Shown here: piece by piece, positions 11,227 to 23,200 of the stretch
Position numbering within the stretch: the stretch's first letter is position 1
Layout: every line of letters begins with the position of its first letter
NCBI RefSeq assembly: GCF_020745735.1
Contig: NC_083426.1
Coordinates: forward strand, 13,144,001 to 13,208,000
DNA from: Hemiscyllium ocellatum
Taxonomy: Eukaryota
Length of the DNA stretch: 64,000 nucleotides
Direction of reading: 5' to 3'
Notes under the pieces: model-generated
Told to the model about the DNA's origin: nothing
The model's database searches: none
Seen by the model: only the letters and a program-made list of their open reading frames with translations
Program-made: the position numbers and the translations under genes

Positions 11227-14200
11227 GTAAGATTATCCTCTTCTATATTTGAATCACTGTTTACATTTATGATTTGGATCTGCTGGTGTTGGACTGGGGT
11301 GTACATAGTTAAAAATCACCAGGTTATAGTCCAACAGGTTTATTTGGAAGCACTAGCTTTCAGGGCAACGCTCCTTCATCAGATGGTCGTGGAGTACACA
11401 GTTGTAAGACACAGAATTTGTAGCAAAAGTTTACAGTGTGATATAACTAAAATTATACATTGAAAAATACTTAATTGTTTGTTAAGTGTCTCATCTGTTG
11501 GAATGACAATGTTAGTTTTACTTCTTTTATATGTAAATTACAAAACCTTTTTTAAAAGTTACATTCTCAAGTGAACTTTAACAATTGGCGTCAGCCCAGA
11601 TAATATATTGAAGGTTTTAGCCACCTGTGTGCTGCTGTCTGTTCCATAACAGTTAGACTGATTCTAATCTTAAAAAATGCATTAACAGAATCATTTGCAT
11701 TTATGTAGTTTCTTCATCTTAGAAAACTGGCTCAAAGTTCTTAACAGAGAAGGAAGAGAAACATTGATACCATGCCAAAGAAGGAGAAGTTGGGTGTACT
11801 GACCATTAGGGTAAAAAGTGAGGTCTGCAGATGCTGGAGATCAGAGCTGAAAATGTGTTGCTGGTTAAAGCACAGCAGGTTAGGCAGCATCCAAGGAACA
11901 GGAAATTCGACGTTTCGGGCATAAGCCCTTCATCAGGAATGAGGAGAGTGTGCCAAGCAGGCTAAGATAAAAGGTAGGGAGGAGGGACTTGGGGGAGGGG
12001 CGATGGAGATGTGATAGGTGAAAGGAGGTCACTTCCCTCCAAGGCCCCAAGGGATCCTTCCATATCCGCCACAAGTTCACCTGTACCTCCACACACATCA
12101 TCTATTGCATCCGCTGCACCCGATGTGGCCTCATCTATATTGGGGAGACGGGCCGCTTACTTGCGGAACGCTTCAGAGAACACCTCTGGGACGCCTGGAC
12201 CAACCAACCCAACCACCCCGTGGCTCAACACTTTAACTCTCCCTCCCAATCCACCGAGGACATGCAGGTCCTTGGACTCCTCCACCAGCAGAACATAACA
12301 ACACGACGGCTGGAGGAGAAGCGCCTCATCTTCCGCCTGGGAACCCTCCAACCACAAGGAATGAACTCAGATTTCTCCAGTTTCCTCATTTCCCCTCCCC
12401 CCACCTTGTCTCAGTCGGTTCCCTCAACTCAGCACCGCCCTCCTAACCTGCAATCTTCTTCCTGACCTCTCCGCCCCCACCCCACTCCAGCCTATCACCC
12501 TCACCTTGACCTCCTTCCACCTATCACATCTCCATCGCCCCTCCCCCAAGTCCCTCCTCCCTACCTTTTATCTTAGCCTGCTTGGCACACTCTCCTCATT
12601 CCTGATGAAGGGCTTATGCCCGAAACGTCGAATTTCCTGTTCCTTAGATGCTGCCTAACCTGCTGTGCTTTAACCAGCAACACATTTTCAGTTCTGGACT
12701 GACCATTAGCTTTGTCCAAGGGGTGGCGTTAAATATAATCCCTAGCTACAGTGTGGAAATAGATTGTTAATCAGAGAAGGAGTTGCTGAGGGCAAGGATT
12801 TTAACTGTGAAGTTCCAGAAAATTGGACCTCATTGAAAACAGAGCCACGATCAGTGGGGGAAAGGAAGCAGAGGAAGCTAGATTCAGAGAACTAGAATTC
12901 CCTCAGGGAAGGGAACAGTGGAGTATTGTAGGACATCACAGGAATTTGAGGAGATCGGTACAATTGATAAAGGAATGTACTGCCTGGAAACATAATAGAG
13001 GGAAGTTCAATTGAGGCATTGAAGAGGGCATTGGATGATTATTTGGATAAAAGAATATGGGGAAACCCAGGAGACTGGCAGAGGGTAGTGATTCTCATTT
13101 GAAGAGTTAGTGCAAGCCAAATGGACTAAATAATTCTGTTATTATGTTGTATAATCAAGAGAACAAAATGCATGCCCTTCCCTGCCTCCCTAAATGAAGG
13201 TAGAATAATGTTAAAGGAGAAAGTGAGGACTGCAGATGCTGGAGATCAGAGCTGAAAATGTGTTGCTAGAAAAGCGCAGCAGGTCAGGCAGCATCCAAGG
13301 AGCAGGAGAATCGACATTTCAGACATGAGGAATTCCTGAAGAAGGGCTCATGCCCGAAACGTCGACTCTCCTACTCCTCGGAAGCTGCCTGACCTACTGC
13401 ACTTTCCCAGAATAATGTTAAAACCAGGCAGTAAATCCATTTCTGCGAGCACCATCAATGTGGCCGGGTAAAAATAATCCTCACATAGGTTAACATCTCA
13501 GATTTACATTCTTCACCCAAATTTAAGTGCGCCCATAGTCTAACAGAATGATAGTGCAGGTAAACATGCTGCCTATGTGGAATACAATGTGAATATGAAT
13601 ATCACTTAGTTAGATTTCAATCTGTTTAACGTAACAATTATTGGTAGTTTGTGCATTTAATCAAAGCTTCCCAACTAGTACTACTGAGTGCTCTGTTTTT
13701 TTAATGAATAGCCTACATGGTGTAGCAAGCCTTAGTCCATACAGTGGAAGAGTGGGCTGCTGCCTGTGAAGTTGCATTCAAACAATAGAAGCTTCCTTCA
13801 TCACTTAAAGCTATCGTAATGGCTCCATACATCAATCAGATAATCATTTATAGGCAGTCAGCTCTATGGATTTGAAGTGATGTGCTAAATTCCACAACGC
13901 CCTTATGGTCTTGGGGTGGGAAAGTCCAGAGCTAGAGGTTTATGGTGAGAGGGGCAATGTTTTCATGCAGAGGTTGGTGCGTGAGTAAAATGGGCTGCCA
14001 GAGGAAGTGGTGGAGGCTGGTACAATTACAACATTTAAAAGGCATCTGGTTGGGTATATGAATAGGAAGGTTCGGAGTATATTCGTCCCCTTCCAATTTA
14101 GGTGCAATCCGTCCTTCTTGTACAGGTCACCTCCACGCCAAAAGAGATTCCAATGATCCAAAAATGGGAATCCTTCTCCCATACACCAGCTCCTCAGCCA

Positions 14201-17200
14201 TGCATTCATCTGCTCCATCCTCCTATTCTTGCCCTCACCAGCTCAAGGCACTGGGAGTAATCCAGATATTACTACCCTTGAGGACCTCCTTTTTAAATTC
14301 CTGCCGAACGCTCTGTAATCTCTCTTCAGAATCTCAACCTTTTCCCTTCCTATGACTTTGGTTCCAATATGAGCAATGATCTCATGCTGGCCCCTCTACC
14401 CCTTGAGAACATTCTGCATCCCCTCTGAGTCATCCTTGATCCTGGCACCAGGCAAGCAACACACCATTCTGATTTTTCTCTGCTGGCCACAGAAACGTTG
14501 TTTGTACCTCGGACTAGAGAGTCCCCTAACACAATTGATCTCTTGGAACCTGACGAAACCCTCATTGCATTAGAGCCAGTCTCAATACCAGAAACTTGGC
14601 TGTACATGCTACATTCTCCTGAGAATCCAACACCCCCTACATTTTCCAAAACCTGTTTGAAATGGGTATATCCACAAAAGACTCTTGTACTAGCTGCCTA
14701 TCTCTCTTACCCTTCCTGGAGTTAACCCATCTATGTGACTGTATCTGAGACTTCCCCCCTTCCTATAACTGCCATCCATCACATACTGTTGCTGTTGCAA
14801 ATTCCTCATTGCTTCTAACTCTCTCTCCAACCAATCCATTCGATCTGATAAGATTCGCAGCCAACAGCATTTATGGCAGATATAATCTGCTGTAATCCTT
14901 CAACTCTCTTTAAAATCCCACATCTGACAAGAAGTACATATCACTGCAAAGGCCATTTTTGATCCTTCACAATCTACAGACCCAGAAATGAACACCGTCT
15001 TATTCCTCTACAAACACTGCCCGAAGTTAAATTAATAGTTATGACTGATATTTTAAGTTTAATAAAGAGACATATCTCCAAAACATATAATCAAGAAAGA
15101 ACCCACTCTACTCACTACTGCAGATTCTCTGTAGGCCGCACTTAAAACAACGATTAACTTATCTGATTCTGTGCTGTGAACTTCACCCAAACAGGTTCCT
15201 CCAAGATTAGTTGTGAATTTCACCGTTTGTTAATTTTCCCAGATACACTCCGATGTCCAGTGATACATGAATTCAAACAGCAAAGGCAGTAACTATGCAG
15301 GTTCTCTCTCTCTCCTGCAATGACCTCACCATATGCTTCCTTTGTCTGTTCTTCTCCCTATTAAAACTGCTGTTGTTTTGACTTTTTTTTCCAAAACAAT
15401 GCAACAGCAAAATGAAATAGTAACTGCTATTCCTGGAATTTGAGGAAATCACCTCCAGCACCTAAAATACCTCAAAAAAAGGAGCAGCTGTTACAGCAAG
15501 AAATTTTTCCTGTCCTCCATCTTGGATGATTCCATTCCCTTCCAGGACCTTTTCTTCCATCCCTTGTTGAAATGTTTATTATAGTTGTGAGGTTCCAAAA
15601 TAATTGCTTTAAATTGATTGTTGAGATATAACTCTCGTCCACTTGTAACATTTCACCCAACAGCTTCATGGACACAAATTACATGGACAGTGTTGAAAGC
15701 TGCTGCAGGGAAAAGCATCACTGTCCAATTTCCATGGAAATGGGACCAAAAACATCCTGTAATGTGGTGTAAATCGTATTCAGAAACTAAATGCAAAGTT
15801 ATAGTAAGAATTGAAAAATCCACGAACAATAATTTCCATGGTACAACATCCATCTCTTACATCCATGGGTCAATTTCTGTCACCATGGAACAACTTCAGG
15901 AGAAAAATACAGGAACGTACTGGTGTGGAGCACAAAAACAAGGTTCCATCGTTGTTTCAGATGTTATATTACTGAAGGTTTTTACAGGTAAGAATATTTC
16001 AGAAGATTATAAGGCTGATAATGTGGTCTGAGTGCAGTAACACTCGGCCCACTAATCTTCAGAGCTGGTGTGCTACAGAATTTGACTTGAGTTTATGAAA
16101 GGATCAACACAGCTCCCTATCTTTGTAAAATGGTGTGATTAAGAAGTTTTGAGTAGGTGAACTGACACTAATGCTTCTCATTGATATTATTCTAAGCTAC
16201 TGACATCATTAGATTCCCACATGAAGGGTCTCAATAAAAAAAGTTAAATTTTGATGAACAATAAATAGGTTTATTACATATTGCTTAATAGCTAATTACA
16301 TTATATCTGTGACACATTGTGATCCCCTGTAAGAAATTAGCCTCAAGTTGAGATTAAGCACCAAACATTCTAGTACACAACTTAAAACATATGATCAATT
16401 CCAATTCTGGTGCAGTAACTTAGAGCAATAATGGTTAGCTCCTCCCAGAACCAGTCTTTTAAGCATTTTCATTGGAGTTCCAGATAACAGGAAGGAATTA
16501 CCAAACTTGGACAAACATATCTCCCATGTCTGGTGGAAAATATATACAATTAAAAACATAACATGAACAACAATGAACACAAGACCTTTCAGCACTTACA
16601 CTGTGCTCTGTGACTCTGTAATCCTATTCGTATTTTAAAAACAGAAAACATTTTTTGACATTTTCAACATTTAGCTCATTTATTTTAGATATTTTCAAAA
16701 CTAAAAATATTCAGTTTTTCTTCATTCTGCAGTTTTAATGCCTTTCTTTTTCATATTTACCAACAGATTCAGAGGAATCCATTCCAACAGAGACCTACAA
16801 TGTAATGCAAAATACCATTATTGTATCGTGTCTCTACACGCAACAGGAGAGACACTATAAGAAATTCTTCTGTAAAGTAACCTCTGTAAATAATTGCACT
16901 GTTATCGCCAGTTCAGATAAAACTATTGGAAATGAGTATAAAGGGAGAGTTCTAATCATGACAAACAAGTCTCGAAATTTTACTGTTACCATGAGCAATA
17001 TCACTAAAGCAGACAAAGGACAGTACTGGTGTGGATCAGTAGATATAGATGACGTAAAGATCACACAAGTCCTAACAATTGCTAATGGTAAGAATCAAAT
17101 TAAAATTATTATAATTCAGTAGGTCATCCATCGCACTTACAGAATAGGCACATTGGTCAATGCCAACGTTCATGTTTCACAAAAGCCTTCCCCAGTCCTA

Positions 17201-20200
17201 TGCCATCTCACCCTTTCAACATATCCTTCTCTTACTCCACTGCATCTCAATGTGTTTATTTCACTTCCTGTTAATTGCAGCTACCATTCTTGCCTCAACC
17301 ACGCTTCTTGTTCAGCAGTTAGCAATTTCCACATTCAGTCAATTCTCTAGACAAAGAATATACTCAATGAAATTCTTATTTAATATTTCATAACTATGTT
17401 AAATTAAAGATGCTTAGATTTAGCCTCCACCGTAAATGGGGTCATCCCTCGACATCCCTGGCTTTCTCATTCACAAGGGCGTGGGTATCACTGGCAAGGC
17501 CAGATTTTATAGGCCAGCCCAAATGACCTGCCTTCTTGACCACTGCTGTCACCAAAGGGTGACGTTGTTAGGGACAGAGTTCTTGGATCTTAATCCAGTG
17601 ACAGTAAAGGATGTAACTCTAAATCATGATAGGGTGTGACATATTCATATACCTTAGACTTCAGTCAAATTATTGTTTGCTGTCATATACAATATTCAGT
17701 CAATGAATCAGTATCTGAATTTGGATATAAAACAGATGTTGCAATTACTTTTTAAAAAATACCAGATTAGAATGGGCAATATTTGTCTCAGAATAAATTA
17801 CTCTTTCTTCCAGTTACTGTTCCAGGCCTGTGTCTCACTCCAGTCATGGAGGAAGGATGGAAAGGATATGGAAGCAGCTTTGAGACAAATCCTCCCTCAT
17901 TTTGAGTGGACCTTCAAGTACCAAACTGGACAGTGAGGCACACTGTAGTATTTCCCTATACAAGAAGGGAAGTTTACAGAGGTTATGATCATGGCCAAGT
18001 GGCTTCAGTCACTCTGGACAGGGTCTACCTGCTCCACAGTTGGGGGTGGTGATGAGGGCGGAGGAGATGCATGCAGAATCAGGTCACCCATGACTGCTGT
18101 GCCACCTCTGTGTCAATTTTTCTGGGCAGGCTCCCATAGGAATCACTAACTCGCTCTGTGGAGATGGAGTCTCAGTGAAGCCAACTTAGAGCCAACACAG
18201 ATGGCATTTTTAGAAGCCAATGACAGTTTCTTAGTGCTAGACCATCCCATTCCCAATTCTCCCTGAGGAATGAGCCCAGCAGCTATGTGAAGGTGATCTC
18301 CACATGACAGGTCACAAGACCATGACAGTGTCCTCCCAAACCCCAATTCATGGAGTCAAATGGACAGAAGAGCCACAGTTGTAGCATTAATCCCCTTCCA
18401 CACTAAGGGCCACAACAAATGTAGACTTTCTTGATTTTCAAATCCTCTATGGGTTGCTGGGAACCCCACCTTTCTTCCCACCAACTGAATCCAACTTTCC
18501 CTCTCTTCCTTTCACAAGATGTTATGACCCCGACAAAGGCAAAGATACCCATTCAACAAATTTTTGTTCATCCATCCTCAATTTGAGTAATTGCCTAAAG
18601 GAATTTTAAACAGCCAATGCTCAGGATTATTAAACCTATTCCCCCTACACCAGTTAACCATCCCTTCCCCCTTCACCCCCACCAAACAGACCCCTCCCCC
18701 ACCAGCAGTCAACACCCTCCTGTGCATCACACCCAATACTAAACAGAACCCTCCCATTCACCTGCACCACTCAGCGGGCCTCCACCCCATCACCTCCACC
18801 AACGCTCCACCACCATCTTGCTTCCGAAGGGATTGTGCTAAAGAGGAAAGTTATGCTTGTATTGCTGATGATTTTCAACTATTCATTCAGCTACTTATTC
18901 ACATTTATTTGCAACAGTGGGAATTCCAGCAATTTCCAGTGATAACCTAAGGTAAGATTTTAATAGTTTTCTTGGAATAATCACTTTTGGGTCATTCTGA
19001 TTGAAGTTGATGGATAGTTCTGGTCTCCTCACTGACTGATGTTATGTGATTAAAAACTACCCTTTTGGTGCCATACCTTTCCTCATTATTCTTCTATTAA
19101 TTGTCTATCTCAATTAATACCAATATCAAAATCAGACAACAAAGTTTCCACAGGTCCTGGCAGCAATTGTTCATTTGGCGATGAGATCCACACTCCCACT
19201 TAGATCTCATTTCTGTTCACAATGAGAAAATCACACTTCAGCCCAGTGCATTAGTCATCCACAAGATGTGGCCATCATGGGCAAGGCCCGCATTTATCAC
19301 TCATCCCTCATTGACTTTGAGAAGGTGACCGTGAGCCAACCTCTTGAGCTGCTGCAAACCATGTGGCATCAGTATTTCCCACAGTATTATCAAGGAAGGG
19401 AGCTCCTGGATTTTGACTCAGTGACAGCGAAGGAACACGGTTCAAAGTCAAAATGATGTGTGACTTAGAGGTGCACGTGCAGAGGGTGGTGTTCCCTTGC
19501 CTTTGTCTTTCAAAGTGGTAGACATTTTAGGTTTAGAAGGTGCTGTTGAAGAAACTTTAACAAATTGCTGCAATGCATCCTCAGCAGAGTAGGCTCACTA
19601 GAACATAACGCATCTTTTAATTCAGAGACAATTATATTTAAAACTAATTCCCATCTAGTTTACAGCTAAGAAATGTTTACATATTTTGCCTGGTCCTATT
19701 GAGTGCACAACGCTTAAATTTAACCAATTCTGCTTCATTTTCTTTTAGTAATACCACCCTGCAAATATGGCACATCATCATCCCTGCTTTGCTGGGACTG
19801 TTAATCTTATCGCTCCTGATTCTGTTTCTGTGGAAAAGAAAAGGGATAAAAAGGGCAGGAAATGATGGTACGTAAAAGCAGAAACTGATTCATGAGAAGG
19901 CAATAATAAACTGTTGATATAATATTGCAAATAGTTGCTACCCAATCAGAAACAGATAGGACAAAATTTTCACGGTTCTACACAAGTGTTTTGGGAAGTA
20001 GAGCCAGGAGCAAAGGTACAAATTAACGTATGGGCTTGGCGACCAGAATTGTACCTGTTTAAGTTGGGGTTAATATGCCAGAGGCTAGCCACATCAGTGG
20101 CCGATACTCAATTAGGTCCATGAAGGGAACAATGAGGGAGAGGCCCCACTTAGATCTGAGACCAACAGGCTACTGGAGGCCAACTCCCAGAGCTAAGGCT

Positions 20201-23200
20201 GTGGGCCATCAGTATCTCCAGTCAATGAACCCACTGGGCTGTTTGGGCTCAATCTTTTCGCTTTGCTTACAATGACAATTAAATAGGGAAATCTGAGCTT
20301 CTACAATCATTTATTCAGCCTGTTCTGCACAGTGGAAGTGACCCTACCTCTGGGCCAGGGAGGCCTGGGTTCAAAGATGTGCACTAATATTGCTGAACAG
20401 GATGATTCAAACTGCTACTTCTTGCAAATACCCCTCCAAGCCACACATCATTCCGAATTGGAAATATATCACAATACTTGCATTGTGTGGGGATACCAGT
20501 GATGAAACAGGGGAGGACAAAATCAGAAGTCACATGACACCAAGTAATACTCCAACAGATTTAAATAATTTAATTGTCTCTGTGCCCAAATCCTGAAACT
20601 CCCTTCCTGACCGCTCTGTGGATATACATACACTAAATGTGGTACTTCAGGAAGGTATTTTCTCCAGGGCAATTAAGGAATTGCATGGAATGTTGGCCTT
20701 ACCCGGGATTCTCATATCCCTGGAACATTTTAAACAACGGTGATGTGGTGTCAAATCTGTGCAACTTGGAGGGTAATTCAAAGAAAATGCAATTCTGTTT
20801 CAATACTGCCTTTGATAGAGGTTGTGGATTTGGAAAGTGCTATTAAAGGTGATTTGACAACATTTTCCAATACCATGTGTGCACTTGAAAAGATGGGAGT
20901 GAACATTTAAAGTTTCAATTGCTTTAGCAGTATATAATGTGAAAATTAATTCAAAATCCATCTTCCAATATTCTTTATAAAAAGTTTAACAAAGAATGAA
21001 ATGAGTAAAATCAAAGCATCCAGAGTAAACTCTCAATCGTTTTAGATGTTCAAAGTTATTCAATCAACTGAAGGCCGTAATTTGCATTTGCAGATTCTCA
21101 TTAAACTCTAGCACAAATCCATAATTTATGATATAATTTAAGATCCTAGATTGCAAGACATGAATTGTGCTGGAAGCAGTGAAAAGTTCTCATGCCTCAG
21201 AACTGTCCCACAACATTTTCAGAAATATATGTTACCACCCTTAGCACAGTGAAATTATTTGAATCTATTTCTCAGGGTGAACAGCAGAACAAACTAAAGT
21301 GTCAAACATGACTCAATTTTCTTCAACATCTTGGAGGAAGTGGTTTACCATCATGCAGCTAGGAAATAGCAAGTGTTTGGAGCTTCCTGTGGTAGGTTAG
21401 AAATACGTGGTTGACTTGATGTGGGTGGGTGAGTGTAAGTGTGAAACAGAGTGTGATATTGAGGTTTTTACACTGGTTTACATTTCAGACTAGAATAGAA
21501 CAAACCTGCCGTGGGGAGAGTAAATGAAAACAGCTTTGTTGTAAGTGAATCATTTACTATTTATTTTACAGTTAAGAATGAAAATCCAGAAACTCCAGAC
21601 ATGACCACGAAGGTAAGAATGGAAGGCATCTAAAGATTATGGATATTGTCCCACTTATCTTACAATTACTCAATACTTCATTGCTTTAATCGCATAAATG
21701 CCCCAAAGTACTCACCAAAACATTGTGGAGCATTATATTCATTGGTTTTGAAAACCGTCACTTGCAATTTACCTCCAATCATGCACCTAAAATGCTGCTC
21801 GTTCACTGTTGCTGGGACTCGAGGAATTCCCTTCCTGACTCACTGTGGATGTACCAACATCCTAGGGACTGCTGCAATTCAATCAGGTGGCTCAAGGACA
21901 ATAAACTATAGATAATCAATGCTGGCCCAAGCATTCTGTGAAGGAATAAAAATTGGATTTTGACAAGATTCTCCACAATAGACTCTGTTATACAGTTCAG
22001 CACAATGGGATTTGTGGAAACATTTAGGGTAATTGTGCATCCTCATTAGACACAAAACAACCATTACTGTGCAGAGGTGGTGGGGGTAAGCCTCTGACTT
22101 AAGCCTCTGCAGTCCATCTGGGACATCTTCACCCTTAGTTCACCCTGGAGCAGTACGGTGGCTCAGTGGTTAGCACTGCCGCCTCACAGTGCCAGGGATC
22201 CATGTTCGATTCTAGCCTCAAGCGACTGTGTGGAGTTTGCACATTCTCCCCGCATCTGCATGAGTTTCCTCCGTGTGCTCCGGTTTCCTCCTGCAGTCCA
22301 AAGCTAGGTGGATTAGCCATGAGAAGTGCAGAATTATAGGGTAAATGGGTCTGGGTGGGGTGCTCTTTGGAAGGTTAGTGTAGTCTCAATGGCCTGCTTC
22401 CACACTGAAGGGATTCTATGACTATTTCGGTTAGGGAATGAGTTCCAGTATTGACCAAGTACCAGTGAAGGGATATGGTCTAAGACAGGTTGGCGTGAAC
22501 CTTGGAGAGGAATGTGCATCTGCTGCCCTTGAATTTGGAAGGTGCCTTTGAAAGACCTTGACTGACAACGGTCCCTCCCCCTACTTTGTATAGACACAGA
22601 CACTGAGAAGGGCTGCGCACACTGATCAACATGTTGACGTGCAGTGGCAAGAAAAATGAGAAGAAACATTTCTTAGTTAGTTGCTGCAGTGCTTCTTGGA
22701 GATGGTATACATCAATATCACTGCACATCAGTGATGGAGCAAATATACTCAAAGTAATGAAAACAGAAAATGCTGGATAAATCTCGCAGGACTGACAGCA
22801 TCTACAGAGCCTGTGACAATTGATCTGCTGAGCTTCTCCAGCATTTTCTGTTTTTATTTCAGACTTGCAGCACTGCAGTATTTCCTTATACTTGCATATT
22901 GAGGGTGACTGATGGAGTGCCAAACAAGTGAGCATTTTGTCCTGAATACTGCCGAGTTTCTTGAATGTTGTGGCAGCTGCGCTCCCCAAGTGGGTGCATT
23001 CCACATAATCACTTACACCTTGTAGACAATGGGCAGACTTTGGGGACGCATGATTAGTAACTCAAAACAAAATTCCCAACCTCCAACGCGGAGGTCGGTT
23101 GGCTGGATGGACAGCTGCCTGCCTGGCAACGTCACCAGTGTGGGTTCAATTTCCACACTAAGTGAGGTCATCACCTCAACCTTTCCCCTCACCTGAGGCG

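Larger units (their letters stand above)
11810..12697 (+). mobile_element. 5'-truncated Penelope-like element (GIY-YIG C-terminus plus pLTR) with an inverted partial pLTR at its 5' side
   Basis: CIRCTRCGLIYIGETGR..AERFREH; 11847-12031 is inverted against 12507-12691; 12-bp direct repeat actgaccattag at 11798-11809 and 12698-12709. Confidence 0.93.

Noticed and set aside
18591-18950. Pro/Thr-rich ORF as a mucin stalk exon of the receptor
   Set aside because: The only nearby phase-1 acceptor leads to a stop. The real exon (18918-18951) uses another frame, and the composition reflects C-rich low-complexity DNA.
22147-22230. tRNA gene (also at 6888, 20325, 37230 and 62160)
   Set aside because: These are tRNA-like SINE heads that continue into SINE bodies and do not fold into a full cloverleaf.
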